A stretch of DNA of 64,000 nucleotides, taken from positions 352,001 through 416,000 of the forward strand of contig CBEVQO010000001.1 in the NCBI GenBank assembly GCA_965552055.1, read 5' to 3'. Each line of letters starts with the position of its first letter. The first letter of the stretch is position 1. The stretch is from an uncultured bacterium (GTDB lineage Bacteria; Hydrothermota; UBA3073; NMUJ01; CBEVQO01). The position numbers were made by a program, and so were the translations under genes. The notes below the pieces were generated by a model. That model was given only the letters and a program-made list of their open reading frames with translations. It did not search any database and was not told the DNA's origin. Shown in pieces: positions 58,171-64,000 of the stretch.

Positions 58171-58892
58171 TTGTGTTTAAGAAGTAGCATCAACATAATT
58201 CCGAGCAATATGAGGACTATTTGAGGTATTGATTTTTTCCATTCCGTTTGCTTTCTGAGTTCTGGTATGAGGTCGACGAGTGCGATATAGGCGAATCCAC
58301 CGGCTGAAAAGGCAAGAAGAGGCGATTTTAAAGCATTTATACTCTCACCAACAAAAAAGGTAATAACTCCTCCCAGGATACATGTTAGCGCTGATAAAAA
58401 GTTATAGAAAATAGCCTTTCTTATTGTTAATCCGGCATAAAGCAATACTCCGAAATCTCCGAGTTCCTGTGGTATTTCGTGTAAAGCAACTGCAATTGTG
58501 GTGATTACACCGAGATGTTGTGATGTAAGAAAAGAGCCAGCTATTACAACACCATCAAGAAAATTGTGAAAAGCATCACCAATTATGTTGAGATAAGCAA
58601 CAGTATGAACCGGGCATTCAACCCTGTGACAGTGTCTCCAGTATAGAAATTTTTCGAGTATGAAGAAAACTATTATTCCAAGCACAAAGTTATAAACGGC
58701 AGATTCCGACCCTTCCCAGGCTTCAGGAAGTAAATGAAACATTCCTCCACCAATCAAAGCACCTGTAGCGAAACTCACAAGAGCATAGATAATCTTTTGT
58801 AAATTCTTGCGAAATAAGAGTGATAAAATTCCAACTAAAGACAATAAACTAATACCCGCTGTGGCAAGAATAATATTTAACAAAACATTCAT
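58167..58892 (-). CDS. ZIP family metal transporter
   Basis: HLLPEA, WRHCH, GDAFHNFLDG, LHEIPQELGDF. Confidence 0.92.
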   Translation of the reverse strand: MNVLLNIILATAGISLLSLVGILSLLFRKNLQKIIYALVSFATGALIGGGMFHLLPEAWEGSESAVYNFVLGIIVFFILEKFLYWRHCHRVECPVHTVAYLNIIGDAFHNFLDGVVIAGSFLTSQHLGVITTIAVALHEIPQELGDFGVLLYAGLTIRKAIFYNFLSALTCILGGVITFFVGESINALKSPLLAFSAGGFAYIALVDLIPELRKQTEWKKSIPQIVLILLGIMLMLLLKHK

Positions 58893-60739
58893 GAGTTATC
58901 GATTAAATCTTCGGGTATTTCTTTTACAAAGCGTGACAAAGGTCTTGGAAATCCGTAAGCCACCTGTGGTGCGAGTAGAAATACTTCTTCTTTTGCTCTT
59001 GTAAGTGCAACATAAAAAAGACGGCGCTCCTCTTCCATCTCATCTTCATCATATAAGGCATCACGATGGGGGAAACATCCATCGGTTAGACCTATCAAAA
59101 TTACTCTTTTAAATTCAAGACCCTTTGCATTATGTGCAGTCATCAAAATTACTTTTTCTCTTGAATCCGACTCTTTTAATCTATCCACATCTGTATAAAG
59201 TGATATTCTTTGCAAAAATTCGAATATCGTATCGTAAGGGCGAGCAATTCGCAATAATTCTTTGACATTCTCAATTCTGTCCTCTGCTTCAACCTGTTTA
59301 CTTCCTGTTTTTAATTTCTTTAAATAATTTATACTCTCCATAAACCTTATCAAAGCATCATAAGGTGTTGCATTTCTCTCCTTTATATCTTTTATCAATA
59401 AGTGTAGAGACCTTAATCTCATTATTTTTGGTGCAGAAGGCAGTATTTTATGAACTTCATTTAAAGCTTCCACAGGTGATATTCTTTTTCTCTCTGCATA
59501 GTTCAAAATCGTATCGACTGTTTTTTTACCAATATTCGGTAAAAGTTCGAGCACACGCCTTAAAGAAACACCATCTTGAGGATTATCCACTATTTTTAAA
59601 AACGCAATTAAATCTTTTATTTCTTTTCTCTCATAAAATCTGAAACCGCCTATTATTTTATATGGTATTCCTTCTTTTATGAGCATTTCCTCAATAGGTC
59701 TTGTAAGATGATGCATTCTATAAAGGATTACTGTATCTGATATTCCATTTTGTTTCAATATCTGGCAACATATTTGAGCTTCTGCATCCGGATCTGGTGG
59801 TCTTATTAATTTTATCTTTTTTCCTCCTCTTTTATCTGTGTATAAATTTTTGCCCAATCTTTTTTTGTTATTTTTTATAACCGCAGATGCTGCACGCAGA
59901 ATAATTTCGGTTGATCTGTAATTTTTTTCAAGGTTTATTATCTTTACATCTTTAAAAATTTTCGGGAAATTTAAAATGTTGTCTATTTCTGCTCCTCTCC
60001 ATCCATAAATTGATTGATCTTCATCGCCCACGACCGTCAAATTTTTGCATTTTTCTGTCAAAAGTGTTAATAATTTAAATTGTGCATAATTAGTATCCTG
60101 ATATTCATCCACAAGAATATAGCGAAAAGGCATGCTTTCTCTAATATCTTTAAAAGTGGACAGTAATTTAACGGCGTTAAATAGCAAATCATCGAAATCC
60201 ATTGCATTTAATTCTTTTAATTTTCTTTGATAAATTTGATAAACATTTTTTATCTGGGGGTCATAAAATTCAATTAATGGAAATTCTTCTGGAGGAATTA
60301 GTTTATTTTTTGCAAGAGAAATTCTGTATTGGCATAATTCTGGTTTTACAGAAAGTCCCCCTTCCTTTATTATTTCCTTGATAAGTCTTTTAGAATCTTC
60401 TTCATCGAAAATAGTGTAATTGGGTGTGTATCCTAATCTTTTTGCGTAGAATCTGAGTAATTTTGCACAAAATGAATGGAAGGTAGAAATCCATACTTTT
60501 TCTCCTGTTTTTCCTACAAGTTTTATTACTCTTTCTTTCATTTCATCTGCAGCTTTATTTGTAAAAGTTACTGCAAGAATTTCATGTGGTTTTATGCCTT
60601 TTGACAGAAGGTAGGCGACTTTACAGGTCAACACAAGGGTCTTACCGCTTCCTGCACCAGCGTTTACAAGAATAAAGCCCTCTGTTTGCAAAACAGCTTC
60701 TCTTTGATTGGGATTTAAAATTTTTAAAAAATCGTTCAA
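58889..60739 (-). CDS. uvrD: UvrD/PcrA family DNA helicase
   Basis: AGAGSGKT, TFTNKAA, DEYQD, VGDEDQSIY, NYRS, AKGLEF, EERRLFYVALTRA. Confidence 0.93.
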   Translation of the reverse strand: MNDFLKILNPNQREAVLQTEGFILVNAGAGSGKTLVLTCKVAYLLSKGIKPHEILAVTFTNKAADEMKERVIKLVGKTGEKVWISTFHSFCAKLLRFYAKRLGYTPNYTIFDEEDSKRLIKEIIKEGGLSVKPELCQYRISLAKNKLIPPEEFPLIEFYDPQIKNVYQIYQRKLKELNAMDFDDLLFNAVKLLSTFKDIRESMPFRYILVDEYQDTNYAQFKLLTLLTEKCKNLTVVGDEDQSIYGWRGAEIDNILNFPKIFKDVKIINLEKNYRSTEIILRAASAVIKNNKKRLGKNLYTDKRGGKKIKLIRPPDPDAEAQICCQILKQNGISDTVILYRMHHLTRPIEEMLIKEGIPYKIIGGFRFYERKEIKDLIAFLKIVDNPQDGVSLRRVLELLPNIGKKTVDTILNYAERKRISPVEALNEVHKILPSAPKIMRLRSLHLLIKDIKERNATPYDALIRFMESINYLKKLKTGSKQVEAEDRIENVKELLRIARPYDTIFEFLQRISLYTDVDRLKESDSREKVILMTAHNAKGLEFKRVILIGLTDGCFPHRDALYDEDEMEEERRLFYVALTRAKEEVFLLAPQVAYGFPRPLSRFVKEIPEDLIDNS

Positions 60740-60759
60740 ATTTATTTAATAGAAAGATT

Positions 60760-61683
60760 TCACCATTCAAAACTTTGCACAACTATTATATCTTTTTTTC
60801 GTGCTTCTTCTATAAATTTTTTCCTTGCGAAATGAGTTACTATTACTTTGACTATATTCTGTTCACCGTATTCTGATACTACTGCATTTACTTTCTCTGC
60901 GAGTTCATCAAATACTTCTTCCTGTTCGCGTCTCTCAGATATTCTTAATTTTGCTTCTCCTATTATTAAGACATCTTTGCCATCTTTTTTGCCTTTACCG
61001 AAGATATTTATCTCTTTGCCACCGATTTCTTCTCTTATAAATTTTTCTTTTATTTCTATGTTATATTTTTCCTTCAATATTTTTGGTAACATTCTTGCTG
61101 CTTCGTTTTCGAATGCGTAGCTTATTGTCCTTGATAGTCCACCGAGTTCCTGTCTCGTTGATTTAATGGCTTCTGTAAGAGTCCTTATCTCATCTTCTGT
61201 TCTTTTTTGAGCTTCTGCTAATTCTTCTACCCTCTGTTCTGTTCTTTTTTGAGCTTCTGCAAGTTTTTCCACCCTCTCTTCTGTTCTTTTTTGAGCTTCT
61301 GCCAGTTCTTCTACTCTCTGTTCAAGTTTCTTCTGAGCCTCTGCTAACTCCTGGACTCTTTGCTCGGTTTTCTTCTGTGCTTCTGCTAATCCTTCCACCC
61401 TTTTTGCTAATTTTTCCACTCTTTGCTCGGTTTTCTTCTGTGCTTCTGCTAGTTCTTCCACTCTTTGCTCAGTTTTCTTCTGAGCCTCCGATAATTCTTC
61501 TACTCTCTTTGCTAATTCTTCTACTCTTTTTTCAGTTTTCTTCTGTGCTTCTACAAGCTCCTTGATTGCCTTTCGTATTTCTTTAAATTCCATAATTTCT
61601 TCTCTCAATTTCTGGAATGCCTCATATATAGGTTCTCTTATCGCGGATGGTAACTCACTCAGTATGTCCCTTATTGTTCGCAT
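60760..61683 (-). CDS. Coiled-coil repeat protein (ELAEAQKRTEQRVE units) with PD-(D/E)xK-like C-terminus
   Basis: 42-nt repeats at about 61190-61560, EINIFG...IIGEAK. ATG 61683 follows TTGACA-N15-TATAAT. Confidence 0.7.
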   Translation of the reverse strand: MRTIRDILSELPSAIREPIYEAFQKLREEIMEFKEIRKAIKELVEAQKKTEKRVEELAKRVEELSEAQKKTEQRVEELAEAQKKTEQRVEKLAKRVEGLAEAQKKTEQRVQELAEAQKKLEQRVEELAEAQKRTEERVEKLAEAQKRTEQRVEELAEAQKRTEDEIRTLTEAIKSTRQELGGLSRTISYAFENEAARMLPKILKEKYNIEIKEKFIREEIGGKEINIFGKGKKDGKDVLIIGEAKLRISERREQEEVFDELAEKVNAVVSEYGEQNIVKVIVTHFARKKFIEEARKKDIIVVQSFEW

Positions 61684-61690
61684 CCCATTT

Positions 61691-61768
61691 ATTATAATCA
61701 AATTAAAAATTTGTCAATTAAAAATTTTTTATAAAAAACTATTGACAATTTGATATTTTGTTTAAAAT
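61691..61768. promoter_or_regulatory. Divergent promoter pair, both with 15-bp spacers
   Basis: Minus TTGACA 61717-61712 / TATAAT 61696-61691; plus TTGACA 61742-61747 / TAAAAT 61763-61768. Confidence 0.7.
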
Positions 61769-61776
61769 TTCAAGTC

Positions 61777-62685
61777 ATGGTAGTGCTGATATTTTTGGTA
61801 GGGATAAATATAGGAGACGCCGTAAGAATGTTAAATGAAACCTGTCTCGAGCCCTACATATCGCCTGTGATGAGAGGATTTCTTATGGGACTTAATACCA
61901 ATCTTTATCATACCGGACGCTCACACGCATTGCTCGGAGGAGATGTTAGCTTAAGCCTTTCTTTTGTAACTATACCGGATAAGTACGATTATGCTACCTA
62001 TAAAGTGTTGAAATGGAATTCGTCAGCTCTTAATTTCACAGATACAGTTGAAATAAAGTGGACAACAGCATCGGGTCCTGAGAAAAGCGATAGTACACTG
62101 GGTGAAGAATATCTGCCACCTGTCCTTCCCCGTGGTTTCAATGTAAACTTATTACCGCTTCTTCTCGTTCAGGTAAATATAGGTTTGTTGCGAGGAGTAG
62201 AAGTCGGACTTAGATATCTCCCTGTTTTTAAATTACTGGGCGAAAAGTTTGCTTACTGGGGCGCAGGAATAAAGCTCGACCTTAAGAAGATGAGGGTGCT
62301 AAAGACTCCTTTCCATCTTACTCCATTCTTTTTCTATCAATCTATAAGATGGGGTGAGTTTGCAAAAGTTGATATTATAAGTATTGATTTGATATTTTGT
62401 AAAACTATAAATTTGCATTTATTTACGTTGACACCTTATATAAGTCCAGGGATAGGTTTTGCTACTGCGAGATTCTCCTATGGCTTTAAATATACCGATC
62501 CGCTTACTAACGAGCAAAAAGAAATACAGTTATCACCTTCTTTTGGCTATTTTGCTCCGAAATTATCAGGGGGACTGAGATTTAGATTTCCCTTAATGCC
62601 ACTTGTTGGCTGGACGCTCGTATTTAACGCTGTATTTACTGAATTTCCATCTTTTTCAATTGGTCTTGGTTTAACTGCGAGATGA
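61777..62685 (+). CDS. Putative outer-membrane beta-barrel protein (DUF6588-like)
   Basis: YISP...GLNTNLYHT, QVNIGL..VEVGLRYLP, WGAGIK, amphipathic C-terminal strand. Confidence 0.55.
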   Translation: MVVLIFLVGINIGDAVRMLNETCLEPYISPVMRGFLMGLNTNLYHTGRSHALLGGDVSLSLSFVTIPDKYDYATYKVLKWNSSALNFTDTVEIKWTTASGPEKSDSTLGEEYLPPVLPRGFNVNLLPLLLVQVNIGLLRGVEVGLRYLPVFKLLGEKFAYWGAGIKLDLKKMRVLKTPFHLTPFFFYQSIRWGEFAKVDIISIDLIFCKTINLHLFTLTPYISPGIGFATARFSYGFKYTDPLTNEQKEIQLSPSFGYFAPKLSGGLRFRFPLMPLVGWTLVFNAVFTEFPSFSIGLGLTAR

Positions 62686-63092
62686 GTGATTTCGAACCCA
62701 AAATTGTTTGCTTTTTCTGTAAATGGTGCACCTATGCTGGAGCTGATCTCGCTGGCACTTCCCGTATGAAATACAAACCAAACGCAGTGCCTATCAGAGT
62801 AATGTGTTCTTCAAGGGTGTCACCTGCACATATCCTTAACGCTTTAAAAGAAGGAGCTGATGGAGTTCTCATAGGAGGATGTCATCCGGGAGACTGTCAT
62901 TACCAGACCGGTAATTACAAAACCTTAAGAAGGATTTTATTACTGAAAAAGATGTTACCGCAATTCGGGATTGACCCGAGAAGAGTTAGACTCGAATGGA
63001 TATCAGCAGCGGAATCCTCAAAATTTGTTAAAGTTATGGATGAATTCATCGAAGAAGTAAGAAAACTGGGTCCCCTTAAGATTCACCAGTGA
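62682..63092 (+). CDS. mvhD: Hydrogenase iron-sulfur subunit MvhD/FlpD
   Basis: [46 protein letters not shown]. Confidence 0.92.
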   Translation: MSDFEPKIVCFFCKWCTYAGADLAGTSRMKYKPNAVPIRVMCSSRVSPAHILNALKEGADGVLIGGCHPGDCHYQTGNYKTLRRILLLKKMLPQFGIDPRRVRLEWISAAESSKFVKVMDEFIEEVRKLGPLKIHQ

Positions 63093-64000
63093 TAGCCAAA
63101 ATAAATTCAGCAGCGGTTATAGGAATAGATGCTTACAAAGTGGATGTAGAAGTTGATTTATCTCAAGGTTTACCCCAATACCTTACCGTAGGACTTCCAG
63201 ATAGTGCAGTTAAAGAATCAAGAGACAGGGTAGAGAAAGCGATAAAAAATTCTGGTTTTTCCTATCCTCTAAAAAAGATTACGATAAATTTAGCACCTGC
63301 TGATATCAGGAAAGAAGGCTCTGCTTTTGATTTACCAATAGCCATTGGAATTTTAACCGCTCAGGGGCTTATAAATCCCGAAAATTTAAAGGATAAAATA
63401 ATCGTAGGTGAATTATCACTCGATGGAAGTGTAAGAAAAGTAAAAGGAGTTTTACCTATTTCAATTTTTGCAAAAGAAAAAGGATTTAAAGGCTTAATTG
63501 TTCCTGATGAAAACAAAAAAGAGGCAGCAGTTGTTGAAGGAATTGATGTTTATCCTGTGTCTTCGCTTGAACAAACAGTTAAATTTTTAAATGATGAAAT
63601 AGAAATTGATAAATTTACCGTTGACAAAGAAGAAATTTTCAAATCATCTCAGGAATATGGTGTTGATTTCTCGGAAGTTAAAGGTCAAGAGAGTGCTAAG
63701 CGTGCAATTGAGGTAGCGTGTGCAGGAGGGCATAACATTTTGATGATAGGACCGCCAGGTGCAGGTAAAACGATGCTCGCAAGAAGGATACCTACAATCT
63801 TACCGCAAATGACCCTTGAAGAAGCACTTGAAACAACAAAAATTCACAGTGTTGCAGGCTTTCTGCATGGTGATATGCCGATAGTAGCTGTTAGACCATT
63901 CAGAGCACCACATCACACAATCTCTGATGCAGGTCTTATAGGTGGAGGTTCTTATCCCCGACCAGGTGAAGTAAGTCTGGCTCATAATGGTGTTCTTTTC
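63089..64000 (+). CDS. comM: YifB/ComM Mg-chelatase-like AAA ATPase, runs off window (not in ORF track)
   Basis: GTG 63089, [66 protein letters not shown]. Confidence 0.93.
   Translation, partial: MIAKINSAAVIGIDAYKVDVEVDLSQGLPQYLTVGLPDSAVKESRDRVEKAIKNSGFSYPLKKITINLAPADIRKEGSAFDLPIAIGILTAQGLINPENLKDKIIVGELSLDGSVRKVKGVLPISIFAKEKGFKGLIVPDENKKEAAVVEGIDVYPVSSLEQTVKFLNDEIEIDKFTVDKEEIFKSSQEYGVDFSEVKGQESAKRAIEVACAGGHNILMIGPPGAGKTMLARRIPTILPQMTLEEALETTKIHSVAGFLHGDMPIVAVRPFRAPHHTISDAGLIGGGSYPRPGEVSLAHNGVLF

Noticed and set aside
145..63985. Many short antisense or alternative-frame ORFs in the track
   Set aside because: They overlap well-supported genes and show no motifs or initiation signals
1..64000. 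tRNA, rRNA, transposase or integrase genes
   Set aside because: None recognised in the intergenic regions or ORFs

Overview
AT-rich bacterial chromosomal segment. The lineage is inferred from gene content only: FlgD/T9SS-like C-terminal domains, a C25 protease, DUF2723 and DUF4159 suggest an FCB-related, probably thermophilic lineage such as candidate phylum WOR-3. It carries housekeeping genes (hpt-ftsH-folP-cdaA, prs, argS, purQ, uvrB, tdh, uvrD/pcrA, mvhD, comM) and large secreted proteins. It also holds a type I-B-like CRISPR-Cas locus (cas6, cas8-like, a separate small subunit, cas7, cas5, cas3, cas4, cas1, frameshifted cas2) with a 58-repeat/57-spacer array, two tandem gene duplications, and several frameshifted or internally deleted genes. 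The most striking unexplained pattern is regulatory. About 22 transcription-unit starts carry near-consensus TTGACA and TA(T/A)AAT boxes separated by 15 bp (17 cases) or 16 bp (5 cases) instead of the canonical 17, and most are followed 4-8 nt later by the start codon (apparently leaderless). Several of these promoters share a near-identical 19-31 bp upstream element. A GC-rich dispersed repeat and a phased 21-bp array also occur in intergenic DNA. All calls were made by eye, without database searches.
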